Source: Eledone cirrhosa
Taxonomy: Eukaryota
Length of the DNA stretch: 64,000 bases
NCBI GenBank assembly: GCA_964016885.1
Contig: OZ024743.1
Coordinates: 249,488,001 to 249,552,000, forward strand
Reading direction: 5' to 3'
Both the position numbers and the translations under genes were made by a program. Below the pieces are notes generated by a model, which was not told the DNA's origin, ran no database searches, and worked only from the letters and a program-made list of their open reading frames with translations. Below, piece by piece: positions 40,526 through 54,050 of this stretch. The number at the start of each line of letters is the position of its first letter. The first letter of the stretch is position 1.

Positions 40526-42735
40526 AAGTTGGTCTCACAATCATAAGTTTGTAGGTTCAATTCCCACACTGGGTGGCACATTGTACTTTTGTAGGTGGGA
40601 AACATAAAAACACTTACCGTGCTAGGTCTCCCCAAAATCATCACTGTGGTCTAGTTGTTTAATCCATGGGCCTCACTCACTGCCAAAACTCAGACCAAAA
40701 ATCTCAGGTTTCACATGAGCTTACAGATACATGTTTGGTAGCTACAAATCCTCACAAAGAAAGATATCCTGTTGTTTAGCTCTTCCATCCACCCTCATGA
40801 CGTCGCTCCTCCAAAGACTGTGCCACAGTCTTTGAGCAAGACTTCCTTTCACATTACTCCAGCAGTAGCTGGGAGTTAACCTTGTGATGGACTGGCATCT
40901 CATCCTAGATGGTAGCATATTCTCTGTCATTTAATGCCAATGAATCTGGGACAAGCACCAATCTGATGAGCCTTTGAGCTTAGGACAAACTTCAACTTTT
41001 ATATGTAAAGAATTATTTGCTATAACTTTTAAATAAAAGTTATTATGGATCCATGTATATGTATGGACCCACAACCCCTTGGGATTTGAACTCTGAGACT
41101 GCAGAAACCTAGAACAAATACAGCAAAGCATATAGTATGTATGGACCCATAACTCCTGATGGAGTCATATGGGCATCATGGTGACATATGGCATGTCTTG
41201 GGCATTTTAAACATGATGGAGCTCTTCTCTTAAGGTTTAAGCATAGCCAATTTCTTCCACAGAAGGAAAGAGAGAAAGAGTAATAGAGAGGAAGTGAGAA
41301 AGAGATGTAGAAGAAGAATTGACCTCAATGGTACTTCTTTTATTGTCTTCAGAGGATGAAAGGCAAAGTTGACATTGGCAGGATTTGAACTCGGAACAAA
41401 TACTGTATTCTATCAGACATTCTGACATCTCTGCCAATTCACTGTCAATAAATCCATATAAAAGCTGAAAATACAGTGAAGAGTTACGGCCCTTTACGTC
41501 CTGAGTTCAAATCCAGCCGAGATTAGCTTTGCCTTTCATCCTTACGGGGTCGATAAAATAAAGTACCAGTAATACACAGGGCTGGGGTTAGTGTGATCGA
41601 CTTTCCCCTCCCCCAAAATTGCTGATCTTGTGCCAAAATTAGAAACCATTAATATGTAAAGAGCATTAGATTGGCAGTATCTGTAGAGTGTCAGAGACCA
41701 TTCTTTGCAGCATAGAGTTATGACCTTTTACGTTCTGAGTCAAAATCCTGCCAAGGTGAGCTTTGCCTTTCATCCTTACAGGGTCGATAAAATAAAGCAC
41801 CAGTAATGCACTAGGATCAATTTAATCAACTTCCCCCTCCCCTTCAAACTGCTGGCCTTGTGCCTAAAGTAGAAATAATTATATGTAAACATATTGTGTA
41901 TGGGTGCATATGCCTCTTTATTCTGAATCACACTGTGTAAGTACTACTGGTAATTAATGGTTTTTAATTTTGATGCAAGACCAAAAATTGGGGGTGAAAG
42001 GAAAGTGGATTACATTGACTCTTGTACTTTACTGGTTCTTAATTTTATCAACATCAGAAGGATAGAAGATAAAGTTGACCTCAACAAGATTTGAACTAAG
42101 AAATTAGAAAGCTGTAACTAAATATCACAAAGCATTTTGTCTAATGCTTTACCAATACTGCCAAGCCACAAACATATAATAATAATTTCTGCTTTGGCAC
42201 AAGGCCAGTAATTTTAGAGGGAAGTGAAAGTTGATTATATCAACTCCAGTATTTGACTGGTACTTTATTCTATTGAGCTCTGAAGGATGAAAGGCAGAGT
42301 TGACCTGAGAAATATTTGAACTCATAACATAAAGAAGAGCAACTACTGCTAAACATGAGCCTGATACTCTAACAGCTCTGCCAATCCATCACCCTTTAAA
42401 GATAATTGATATTAGCTGGTTAAGCTTACTGATGATATGTAAAGAGACTGCAATACACCCACCAATCTTACATTAATATGGAGTTAGCTGTGACAGGATC
42501 ACAACTTTAAATACTTAGTGAGACTTAATATATGTTTATTATACATAAACATATTGTGTATTGGTTCATATACATGTTTTTATTATGAACCACACACTAT
42601 TAGTGCTATTGCTAATTAATTCTAACCAGTCAAGTTTCTACTATATGTAAATAAGCCTTCACTAAGAACAGTTCTTCTTCTCCTTCTAAAGATTATGAGA
42701 GTGATGATGATGATGATGAATAGTATCATACATAC

Positions 42736-42844
42736 CGAACCACTGTAGGAAATATTTCTGCTGCTAATAGATAAGCTGAATTAAAAGAAGCTGCCGCTCC
42801 AAATTTTCCCACAAAAGCCAAAGCCATAACAATTCAAAAAGAAC
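42736..42844 (-). pseudogene. SLC22-like internal exon with in-frame TGA
   Basis: Acceptor ttcttctctAG, donor GTATGT; SF*IVMALAFVGKFGAAASFNSAYLLAAEIFPTVVR contains the ExFPTxxR signature. Confidence 0.88.
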
Positions 42845-43317
42845 CTAGAGAAGAAAAATAAAGAAAATGAAATATTTTAACACTTTAATTACTATATTTT
42901 TTTAGTAATTTGGAAAATAATCAAAAATTTTGAAATCTAGTAATATAATTAACTTTGTCATTATTAAACTGGTGCATAACTTCATTATTACCATATTATG
43001 GCAGTGGATTGGCAGTATCGGTAGAGGGTCAGATGCCATGCTTTGCCGCATAGAATTATGGCCCTTTATGGTCTGAATTCAAATCCCATCGAGGTTAACT
43101 TTGCCTTTCATCCTTATGTACTGGGATAATTGCTGGCCTTGTGACAAATGTAGAAACAATTATAGCTTTATTTCTGAAGAAAATCATTGCCTATAATTTT
43201 CAATTCATTTTGAAATTTGGAGAGATTTTGAGTTAACTAATTTTCTCATTATTTACCTGTTCTCCTGACACTTTGTTTGGTAGGTAAAGGCCTCCTTTTA
43301 AATTAAACTAATATTAC

Positions 43318-43527
43318 TTGATGACGTTTGAGATGGTACAAGTTATTCCAGCCAACACCATGAGACCACACATAGACCTTCGATGGTTAAACTTTTGAAA
43401 TAGAAAATATGGAATTACAATAGCTGGGATGTCTGCTAATGCAATCAGCAGAAAATTGATGTAAGGATCTCCAGCCATGTCTACTGAATTTATTGTAACT
43501 CCATAATAAACCATGCTGCTAGCAAAC
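43318..43527 (-). pseudogene. SLC22-like internal exon (TM7-9 region)
   Basis: Acceptor ttcttcctccAG; FASSMVYYGVTINSVDMAGDPYINFLLIALADIPA...; probable donor GTAATA. Confidence 0.85.
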
Positions 43528-44004
43528 CTGGAGGAAGAAATTCAAGAATAATTATTTAATTTACAATTGATATAAGGTGACAACAGAAACTATGTAGAAT
43601 TAAAACATTTAGTTTATAAGCATGTGCATACACACAAGTGCACGTGTGCACACACATGCACATGTGTGCATACAAACAATGTATTAATTACATAAGACAT
43701 CTAATTTCTTGAGATATTACATACATGCCCTGAACACATCACAGTATGAACAATTACCTAATGGCTGTCTGACAAGGTCATATCTATTACATAACTGATG
43801 CCACTGAAATGCATATAACAGCAATGGCATAATTAATAAAATGATATACGATTCCAGAATACTGCCTTATTCTTCATTTATATAGACCAGTGCTTTAAGA
43901 AAAAAACACCAAACTTCAGCACTGAGCATATAAAAAAATCGAAATGACAGAAGTAAACTTTATACCATTGTTAGGTTTTTCTGTTTTTTTCTGTTTAAAT
44001 TCTA

Positions 44005-44063
44005 GCTGTCTGGTGAGGTCATAACTGTTGCATAATGGTTATCACCGAAATATATATAACAGC
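44005..44063 (+). ncRNA. Hammerhead ribozyme, core mutated (CTGGTGA)
   Basis: GCTGT-CTGGTGA-GGTcATAACTGTT gcat AATGGTTATcACC-GAAA-TATATA-TA-ACAGC. Confidence 0.65.
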
Positions 44064-44111
44064 GAATATGAATAAACAAAGTTAATTTTAACCTGTTGAC
44101 TCACACTTCTT

Positions 44112-44145
<34 letters not shown>

Positions 44146-45555
44146 CTCTCTCTCCCCCCTCTCTTCTCGTCTCGAATAGCACTTATAACACCACACTTAC
44201 CTAGCAGCTAGAACTGTGCCTCACACCACTGTGGTCCACCCTTCTCTCTCACTTCCTTAACTTGAACCCAAGTTAGCAGACACTAGATAATTAGTGAGAC
44301 AACGTACGTTGGCTGAGTCCTACCCTGTGTGCAACCAGGCACCACTCGTTTCCGACCACTAGGCCTCACCACCCAACCACGGCTTGTGATCCCACTATCT
44401 GGAAGATATGCCTTGAACCTGACCCCCTTCACACACAAGAGCCAGTACTAAATACTACAAGTAAATAGAACACACCTATTACTTCTCTCCCCACCCCATA
44501 CGGAGACCTTTGAGTCTGTGTCCGTGTGTGCGTATATGTAATTGTGTGTATGCATGCACGTATGTGTAATGATGTGTGTGATTGTGTGGGTGTGGATTTG
44601 TGAATGCACCTGGGCTTGTTTTTTATACGTGTGTACACGCAATGGTGGGCGTTGGTGGAAATTTGCGTGTATGTACTTGTAACGAATATAATCCAGTTGT
44701 AACGGATAAGTGAATAGATGGTATGATGGTTTCAATGCAAAGAATAATACCAGGATTGTGTTATTACAATGTTTATTTTATTATAACAATATTCAATTTG
44801 AATATTCAATGATAAAATCTATAACATGAAATATTCGTACAATAAGTAGGTGGCTCTTCGATCCACGTAAATACAAGTATCACAGAATACGATTATAGTA
44901 TTGTATCTGAAAGATACAATCTGACAAACAGAAATGGTGCGTGTAAAAATGCAAACAGTGTGAACTTACTGTGTGCGCGTGTGTGCGTATTAGTATACTT
45001 TCTTGTTTTAGCAGTAGTAGTAATCAATCAGCCAGGCGGGAAAGGCGTGTGAGAAATTAGTGGGCAGACTGGTTTTTTCATGACGAGAGCATGTAAATGC
45101 GACCTGTCTTGTCTGTAGTCTCACTTTTTCTACTTTTGGCACAAGGCCAGCAATTAACCAGTGCATTACTGGTACTTTATTTTATCGACCCCGTAAGCAT
45201 GAAAGGCAAAGTTAACCTCGATGGGATTTGAACTTAGACCGTAAAGGAACGTAACTATGCTAGAAAGGATGGCGTCCAACCCTCTACTGATACTGTAAAT
45301 TCACCGCCCTAAGTTAAAAGCAATAATAGCAGGGTGACCTGTTTCTGAAGAATTTCAATAGACTTTCGGCTGTGGAGAGGTATGATATCTGACCAATGAG
45401 GTGGGGGCATATCCTTTGGACGCTGAAATTCATTCATTCTTGATCATATGCTTAGAGGACTAACAACACACCCAGGAAATAGGCATATCAATGAATTAAC
45501 AGGGTAGAACCCATTACAACATCATGTCTTCCTGTTTTTGCTGTTTAAATTTTTA

Positions 45556-45608
45556 CTGCCTGATGAGGTCATAGCTAATAATGGCTACCCCTGAAATATA
45601 TATAGCAG
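45556..45608 (+). ncRNA. Hammerhead ribozyme, intact core; paralogue of 44005-44063
   Basis: CTGC-CTGATGA-helix II-GAAA-TATATA-TA-GCAG inside a repeat of about 140 bp shared with 43970-44115. Confidence 0.7.
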
Positions 45609-45809
45609 CGAATGTGAATAAACGAAGCTAATTTTACCATGTAGAGTTACACTTCTTATTTTTACATTACTCCGGAGTAAACAAACCAGCCTGCGCACTT
45701 CGTTGAGTGCTCCAACCTGCATACTGATGTGTAGGTAAACAACCAGCACACACACACACGCACATATATAAAAAAAAAAATTTCTGAGTGGGAAATGACG
45801 ACGGGCTAG

Positions 45810-46890
45810 GTGGTAGCAGAAAAGTGGGTAAACAAAGTTATTGCTGTAAATAGAGTAAATGACAAAATAATTAAACTTAGACTTGTGCTAAACAGAACAA
45901 CCATGCTCGCTACCTCCCAAAATTTAACGACAACGAACATGTGGGACGATTCTCCGGTGGCTTTGATGGGACCCACTGGTGTTACGGGTACAGTCCTAGA
46001 AACGAGGTAGGCTTCAGACTACTGGAATTCTGTGATGCCAATGACCTATTTATCTGTAACACGAACTTCAGAAAACAAGACAATCACCTAATCGCATATA
46101 GATCAGGTGACCTCGCCAGCCAAATTGATTTCGTTGTTACTAGAAGACGAGATAGAGTGACTGTTAAGAACACAAAGTCACTCCTCAGTGAGGAATGCAC
46201 CTCCCAACATAACCTAGTAGTTAGCGACCATATAGTCAGGGCTAGAAGCACTTGACAACAGAAGCCAACCTGGAAAAGACGAGTATGGAAGTTAAAAGAC
46301 CCATCAAAGAGTGACAAATTTATAAGTATGTTGACTGACGCCTTTGACAGCAAGGAAGAGCAAATAGAGACATACGATATAGAGGAGCAGTGGGGGTTCC
46401 TGAAAGATAACCTACTGAAGGTGACAGATGAAATCTGTGGTTGGAATAGGTCTCTTGGGAGATGGAGAGTGACTTGGTGGGGGGAATAATAAAGTAGATG
46501 AGACAATTAAGGCCAAAAAACAGGCTTGGAAAGATTGACATAATGGGGGTAGCAGGGAAGTTTACCAGAAGGCTAGGAGAGAAGTTAGGTGAAAGTTGAC
46601 CTCACTAGAAGGCAAGCAGAAAACAAAAAGATTTAAGCATGTTTTGCAGCGTGAAGATTAAAGATGTGAGGTGTTCAGGATCGCTAGACAGTGTGTCAGG
46701 GAAAATTATGATGTCGGTGGAGAGAAGTGTGTTAGAAATGACTTTGGAGAACTTGCCCTCATTGACACTGAAAAGAAGGTAGTATGGAAGTGCCACTATG
46801 AAAGATTACTGAATGAGGAGAATGTATGGGATAAAGACAGTCTATCACATGTCGACCCAATAGAGGGACCGACTGTACAAGTTAGCGGTA
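45810..46890 (+). mobile_element. RTE LINE AP-endonuclease region, degraded
   Basis: GYSPRNEVGFRLLEFC...NTNF...SQIDF...SQHNLV. Confidence 0.88.
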
Positions 46891-47519
46891 GTTGGAGGAA
46901 GCTTGGGAAAAAATGTGGACAGGGTAGTAGGGGAGGTATAGTTACCACTAAGGGAGATGAATGAGAGGGGATAGAAGGTTGAGGAAGGTGTTGCCTACTA
47001 GGTATAAGCCTCAGCCTGAGAATAATAGAGGGCAGGTCTTCTATAAAACTCCATAGCGCCAGAGGTTGCGGTCTTGTGTCATTGCCTTTGAGAGGTGTAA
47101 TTGTGCAAGGTCAGCTTTTATTACTTCATCCCAAGTCTTCCTAGGCCTGCCCACACCACGGGTCCCAAGACAAAAGTGGTTGTGAAGGTGACATGATAAA
47201 TTTGCCCAATCCAGACTGTAAAGTCGTCGTGTAGGTGTCACAACAAAAAGCACCTAGCACACACTGTAAATGTGGTTGGCGGTAGGAAGGGCACCCAGCT
47301 GTAGAAACCACGCTAAAAATCTGCCTTGGTGAGCTAAACAAGGGTCAATCAGTCCAACCCACCAATGATGGATGCTAATCGCTGAGATTGATATATATGT
47401 GTGTATGTATATGTATGATATGTGTATGTATATTACATATATGGTATATGTATATACATGAAAATATATTTATATGTGTATATCATTATCATATGTGCAT
47501 GTATATAGATATGTATATA

Positions 47520-48140
47520 TAGTTTTAGGAAGCCGTAGCTATGCAAACACCGGGGAGGGGGGGGGCTAACGCCCTCTGGTGATGTCCAGCAGAAGCAAGG
47601 GGGACAACTGTCTATGCATTTCAGGCTTAACTGGCCTTCGTCAGGACGGTCCCTCACACCGCTTGCGACTGCTGGACTAGAAGACAGGCGAGAATATATA
47701 CTTTTCTCGTCTGTGTAAATGAGGTGATTAATCTCATTTGCATATGAAGCTGCATAAGTTGGCTCAACTTATAATAAAAAAGAAATAGAATTTCGCTTCA
47801 AGCATAGCTTTATACAATATGTATAAATATTTCGTAGCTCCAAAGAAATACAGTTTTAGGAAGCCGTAACTATGCAAACACCGGGACACAGACGAGAAAA
47901 GTATATATTCTCGCCTGTCTTCTAGTCCAGCAGTCGCAAGCGGTGGGAGGGACCGTCCTGACGAAGGCCAGTTAAGCATGAAATGCATAGATGGTTGTCC
48001 CCCTTGCTTCTGCTGGACATCACCAGAGAGCGTTAGCCCCCCGGTGTCTGCATAGCTACGGCTTCCTAAAACCGTATTTCTTTTGAGATACGAAATATTT
48101 ATACATATTGTATAAAGCTATGCTTGAAGCGAAATCTTAT
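47520..48140. repeat. Inverted/tandem PLE pseudo-LTR-like repeat with two hammerheads (47607-47650 minus, 47952-47995 plus)
   Basis: ACCGTC-CTGACGA-AGGC cagttaa GC(C/A)T-GAAA-TGCA-TA-GA(C/T)(A/G)GT in both arms. Confidence 0.8.
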
Positions 48141-48920
48141 TTCTTCTATGTATAGGTATATTTTACTGGTACCACAAAACATCCAGCCCACACTGTAAAA
48201 TATTGTGTAGGTGTTGAGACAAAAAGCACCCAGTCCACACTGTAGAGTGGACATGTAAAAGACACAGCAAAAAGCACCCAGCACACACTGTCAATGTGGT
48301 TGGTATTAGGAAGGGCATCCAGCTGTAGAGAATCTGCCAGAAACTCTCCTATGTGAGCGAGACATGGTCACCTGATCCAACTTGCCTCTAATTGGGACAA
48401 ACCCGTCTAACCCATACTAGTGGACGTAAAATGATGATGATGATGATAATGATGATTATGATACAGTAGAGTGTAAGAGCCTGATGCCTGAGCTCTTGCT
48501 GTTTTTAGAGCAAGCTCCAGACTAGAGATTTATCTCTCTGCTGTGAATATGCTCACTCTTCAGGCCTAAGATGATTGAAGTGTGGAGTATATAGGAAAAG
48601 TGTCAGAAGGGCAAAGGTTATTGGCTCTTTGAAGGTTTTGAATCAAGTATTTATATTTTGTATTTTAAGGAATTAGTTGTGTGTGTATATGTTTTATTGT
48701 CTATGCGTATATGCGTTTGAAACAATTTGTGTGTGGTTGTCACTGTCTAAGTGTATCAGTGCATTGGAGAAGTCAGAGGCTTTAATACACCAGCACGCAC
48801 AGATACCCACACACATACAAACACAGTCACACTCACACATACGTACACATTTTATATGTACTCACATACTCCCACACACGTTGATATAACCAGTGATCTG
48901 CCTATTATTTTATTGTTTTA

Positions 48921-49962
48921 CTAGCAGTAAAGCCCGGCGTTGCTCGGGGTCGCTCAGTAGCTGTGTTAAAGTTACAATGTTAAGTTTCTTTTTTGGCTTA
49001 AAAACTGTAGTGTCTACTGTGCAGACTTGCATGTGGTGTTTTTGATTAATATTCCCTCAACCAACAATATGCCTTATGAAGTTAAGAAAACATAACGATA
49101 ACCCGAATGTTATAACAAAAGAGGATGCTGGGGATAAAAACTGCACTGGTTATGGTTATTTATTAACAAAGATCGAAAATGTAAACACTGCAACGCAGAG
49201 AAAAACATTAGCGTAACCAAATTATCAGTTATGTCTGTCTGCACGCCTATATCACCTCTCTGCACGACTATCTGTCTGCACGCCTATATCACCTCTCTGC
49301 ACGACTATCTGTCTGCACGCCTATATCACCTCTCTGCACGACTGTCTGTCTGCACGCCTATATCACCTCTCTGCACAACTGTCTGTCTGCACGCCTATAT
49401 CACCTCTCTGCACGACTGTCTGTCTGCACGCCTATATCACCTCTCTGCACGACTATCTGTCTGCACGCCTATATCACCTCTCTGCACGACTGTCTGTCTG
49501 CACGCCTAACGAAATTTACAGATACATATATTTTAAATAAACTTATATAATTTTTGCTTTTTTTTTAGAAATATTTGCTTGTTTTACGTAGTCTTTAAAT
49601 AGACTTGTTTTCAAGTAAAAATATTGTTTTAAAAGGCTTTTAAATGTAAATGAAGCAACTGTTCGTGTATTGTGTTAATGTCATTTTAAACGCTGAGAAA
49701 GCCAGCGTAATTTTTTACGTAAGACGCTCAATGTAAACAGAACAAAGGGAAATAACTGATAACTTACGCTCAAAAATCGATACATTATATTCGATTTCGT
49801 CAGATAGGGCGGGTCAATTTGAAATATTTTTTTTCCGATGTCTTCGCTAGGGCTCAATGTACAAGTATAGCAATTTCGGTGCAATTCCGTGAGAGATTCT
49901 AAGAGGAGATGTGTGCCAAACATCGATAGACAGACAGACAACCACAGTTTTATATATATAGA
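48921..49962 (-). mobile_element. Complete non-autonomous Helitron
   Basis: 5' TC (TCTATATATATAAAAC), 3' hairpin CCCGAGCAACGCCGGG plus CTAG, inserted between A and T; another Helitron 3' end at about 50278-50305. Confidence 0.85.
49232..49508. repeat. 37-bp minisatellite (about 7.3 copies) inside the Helitron
   Basis: Unit tgtctgcacgcctatatcacctctctgcacgact(a/g)tc. Confidence 0.95.
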
Positions 49963-50972
49963 TTAAACATTCAAAAACTTGTCAATATTGTTGTTGTTTT
50001 TTGTTTTTATTGTCAATATTGTTGTTGTTTTTTGTTTTTATTGAAATGTGAGAATTAGTGTTGTGCTAAAAATATATTTGTTTTTGTTTTACCACTGTAT
50101 TTACTTATTTGCATATAAGTAGATTATTCTAAGAATATGTTCATGTACAAGGTTGCATGTGAATGTATATGCGTTTGTGTGAGTGTTATTGGTATCTATT
50201 ACAGTGTTGTTTATGTAGAAATTATTCTAAATCAACGGTCACCAACATTATTTGCAATTTGTATCTGTTATTAATAACTAGCTGAGGTACCCGGCTTCGC
50301 CCGGGAAAACACTTAAGAGAAGATGGATAAAAGAGATAACGACTGTATTGGATGTATTGTCTGGTATGCGGTGTGACTGTAATATGTGTGTGTGTGTATG
50401 TGTGTGTATGTGTGAGAGAGACATAAAACACAAACAATCATAGAATTTCCTTATTAGGCTGGGAGAGTAAACTGCCGATTAAATAGTAGCATTGGCTTTG
50501 GATTTTAAATGTTGTGAAATAACCATAGTCAGTATGATCTTTTTCAGCTCCAAAGGACGTCATATAAAACACAGCAATATACCGCATAACATTGCTTCTG
50601 AAGTGTTTAGCTTTTTTAGTACGGTCTGTAAGTAGTATATGGATAAAAGCTGGAGGGTAGATTAATTTCAAATAGTATAAACTTTTCTTTGTTCTGTAAA
50701 ATTAAAGACTATAAACCAACTTTATAAAAGCTAACGTAATATTGTTAGACTTTCAACTGATACTTTTGTGGGATGTCACTCGCCCTCTCTCTCTGAATAT
50801 CTAACACTTTAATTGTTTCTCTCTCTGTATAACGGCCTATCTCTCTCTTTTTGCCTCTCCCTCCGTGTCTCTCTCTCTTTGGATGTGTGTGTATGTATTT
50901 GTGTGTGTGGGTGTGTGTGTGTAGTTTCGTGTGATTCAACAAGCCAACCAACCAACCAACCAGTCAATATAC

Positions 50973-53900
50973 ATCATCATCATTTTACGTCCGCTTTTGC
51001 CTGCTTGCAAGAGTGGGATGGGTCCTATTCAGCACAGCATCTCTCCACTTGTCACGGTTCTTTGTCATCTCCACCGTGAGCTTCAGCGATCTGAGGTTTG
51101 CTCTCACCCCCTCCGCTCATGTTTTTTGTGGTCTTCCTTTACTACGTCTTCTTTCAACTGGCATTTCTTGGCACTTCTTCACCCATTGGTCATCACATCA
51201 CATTCTTCCTCCATGTGCATCACGTGTCCATACCATCACAGTCTCCTCTCCCGCACACAACAATTTATCCCTCTTATACCCAGTTTCTCTGTCAACATAT
51301 CCATGCTCAGCCATTCATGCACATTGACATTGCACATCCAATGGAGCATGCTTGCCTCATTTCTCTCCAGCCATCGCATATAATCTGCAGTTGCTGCCCA
51401 TGTCTCACTACCATGCAGCATCGCGCACCTCACACAGGAATAATATAACCGGCCTTTTGTATGCTGGGAGAAACCCTTCTTCGTCAGCAGAGGAAGCAGC
51501 TCCCTAAACTTCTTACAACCCGTCCTTATTCTAGATATTATGGCCTTGGATCACCCCCATCCCATGCTAATCTGATCACCTAGGTACCGGAAGCTATCAA
51601 CCACTTCTGTAGCACATACCTGCATTTGAAAAATGTGTCTATCAATGCGACTTCTACTGCCAAATTTCCCAGTACATCTACTGCATATGTATTTCTCCCT
51701 ACCTGTTAATTTGCCTGCTATCCCGCTACATCTCTTGTGTACCCAGGATCTGCATTGTGTGCATTTTATAGAATTTATGCCAGTTCCTTTTCTGCATATT
51801 GAACATGGCCATTTCCCTGACGGAATCAGAGTTTTGTCCTTTTTTCTACTCATCAACATTTTTGTCTTAGCTAGGTTCACTCTCAGTCCTCTTGATTCCA
51901 ACTGCTGTTTCCATAGCCAGAATCTATTCTCCAGCTCCTCTACTGATTCTGCTATAAGAACCAGATCGTCAGCATAGAGAAGTTCCCATGGACAGTCAGT
52001 CTTAAATTCCTCTGTTATGGCTTGGAGGACTATAATGAACAAGAGCGGGCTGAGGACCGAAACCTGATGTACTCATACTTGTATCTGGAATTCCTCACTA
52101 AACTCCATTCCTACCCTCACTTTACTGACAGCACCTCTGTACAAAGCTTGCACTGTCCTCACAAGCCATTCCTCAACATCCAGCTTCCTTAGGGAGCCCC
52201 AGATCAAAGGCCTTCTCTAGGTAAACAAAAGCTAAGTATAGTGGCTTATTCTTCTCTAAGAACCTCTCTAGTAATTGTCTCACTAAGAAGAAGGCATCCG
52301 TTCCCAGGCACAAAACCAAACTGCATCTCATCTAGTTTGACCCTTTTTCTAACCATCAGTTTTATGCTCCTATAATTGCTCCTCTCCAGAGCATCCCCTT
52401 TACCTTTGTAGCAATTTATGAGAATACTGCTGCACCAGTCTTTGGGTACGACACCGCCATATATACCCTGATTGAAGATGCGTGCAACCAGTTTAGTGCC
52501 TACGTCCCCTGACACATTCAGCATCTCAGCAACTATCCCCGATGGTCCAGTGGCCTTCCCATTTTTCATTTCCTTAATCGCCTCTTGGATCCCATATTCG
52601 TCAATCTCAATAGCTGATCCCTCTATCGGATATACTGGAGGTAATTTTTCTCTCTCCCATTCGTTCTCCACATTCACCAGTCTATCATAATAACATTTCC
52701 AGGCCTCCTTTTTCTGATCATTCGTGACACTAAGTACACCGGCATCATTCTGGACACATTTATCTCCAATAACATCCTGATTTGCACTGACACACTGCCT
52801 TGCAATGCGGAACACTGCACGTCTCTGATCTTCCCATCACAGAATATTGGCAAACCTCCTACTCTCAGCCTCCCTGCGTGCTAAGTACACCTGACGTCTA
52901 GCTTCTCTCTTATGTCATACGACTCTAAATCGTCTTCTTTTTCATCATAAACATCTTGAAGGGCTTTCCTAAATTTGTATTTTAGTGAAAGGTCTTTTAA
53001 CTTCGAGACCTTTCTTTTCCATGCCTTCCTGTATGTCTCATTCCGTCTCTTGCTTACTGCAATATCATTAACGACTAACCTATGGTGTGGGGTACATTCT
53101 TCCCCGAGGTATGCCTTGGTATTTGACACCATCTGTGTCCTGCTGCCTAACTAGCAAGAAGTCAATCTGGCTTATGTGCTCGCCTGATTTGTAGGTTATT
53201 AGGTGGTTGGCAGGTTCGGAAGTTAGTGTTGCAAATGGTTAGTGCACTTGCATCACCCTTCTTCATTTCTTGAGCCGTAACCGTGCCCACCATGTACCCC
53301 ATTGTAACCATCCTGGAGCTGTCCAACATGACCATTGAAGTCCCCTGCTAGCATAACGATGTCTCCGCCCTTGCGGCTGTTTGTAAAAGTTGCTTGTAAA
53401 AAAGCAGTCTTTCTCTTCTTTAACTAGGCCTGCCTGGGGAGCATAGGCAGAGATGATTGTCAGTAGTCTCTTGCCTACAACTAATCTAAGCTTAATTATT
53501 CTATTACTAACTCTAACTACCCCTATTGTCTTATCGATCCATCTCTCAGCCAGGAAAATGCCTACTCCCCCTAACCCATCATCATTACCCGCCCAGAAAA
53601 GCTTATAAGTAAGATGTTTGCCTGTGATTAGTCTCGCAGAGCACCTCTCCATCTCACCTCTTGCACGCAGCACACATCCACATGCCTTCTCTCCAGCATC
53701 TCCACTATTTCACCAGATCTACCTGTGAGAGTGCTAACATTAAGTGTTGCAACTCTGAGATGCGACATCTTCGTATTCTTGTTCCTTTTCCTATAGTGCA
53801 ATTGCTTGATGACGGTCAGGTGGTTCTCGCACATGCCCTCACCAGCGACCCCACTACCGTGTGCAGCCCTAACATGGTTAGTGTTATTGATGCAGTTGTT

Positions 53901-54050
53901 GCAATTCTTATTTGTTGTGCTCATAATTTTGGCATTTATTATACTGGTTGGATGCCGTTCCTAACACCCCTCCATTTTTACAGCATGGACTGGGTGCTTT
54001 TATTCGTGCCACCAGCACTAGGGAAGTTGTCTTACTGGACTTAGGGGACT
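50973..54050 (-). mobile_element. Near full-length RTE LINE (APE, RT, Cys-rich insert), pseudogenised
   Basis: ATLNV...CCVQE, ISAYAPQ, GKATGPSG, KGKGD, QFGF, LLYADD, (GAT)n tail; many frameshifts. Confidence 0.92.

Noticed and set aside
42834-42836. TGA in the SLC22 exon rescued to Trp by A-to-I editing
   Set aside because: Attractive for a cephalopod, but the independent frameshift in the last exon and the exon-phase mismatch make a pseudogene the simpler explanation
49232-49508. CRISPR-like array (37-bp period)
   Set aside because: Units are contiguous with no unique spacers; eukaryotic context, inside a Helitron
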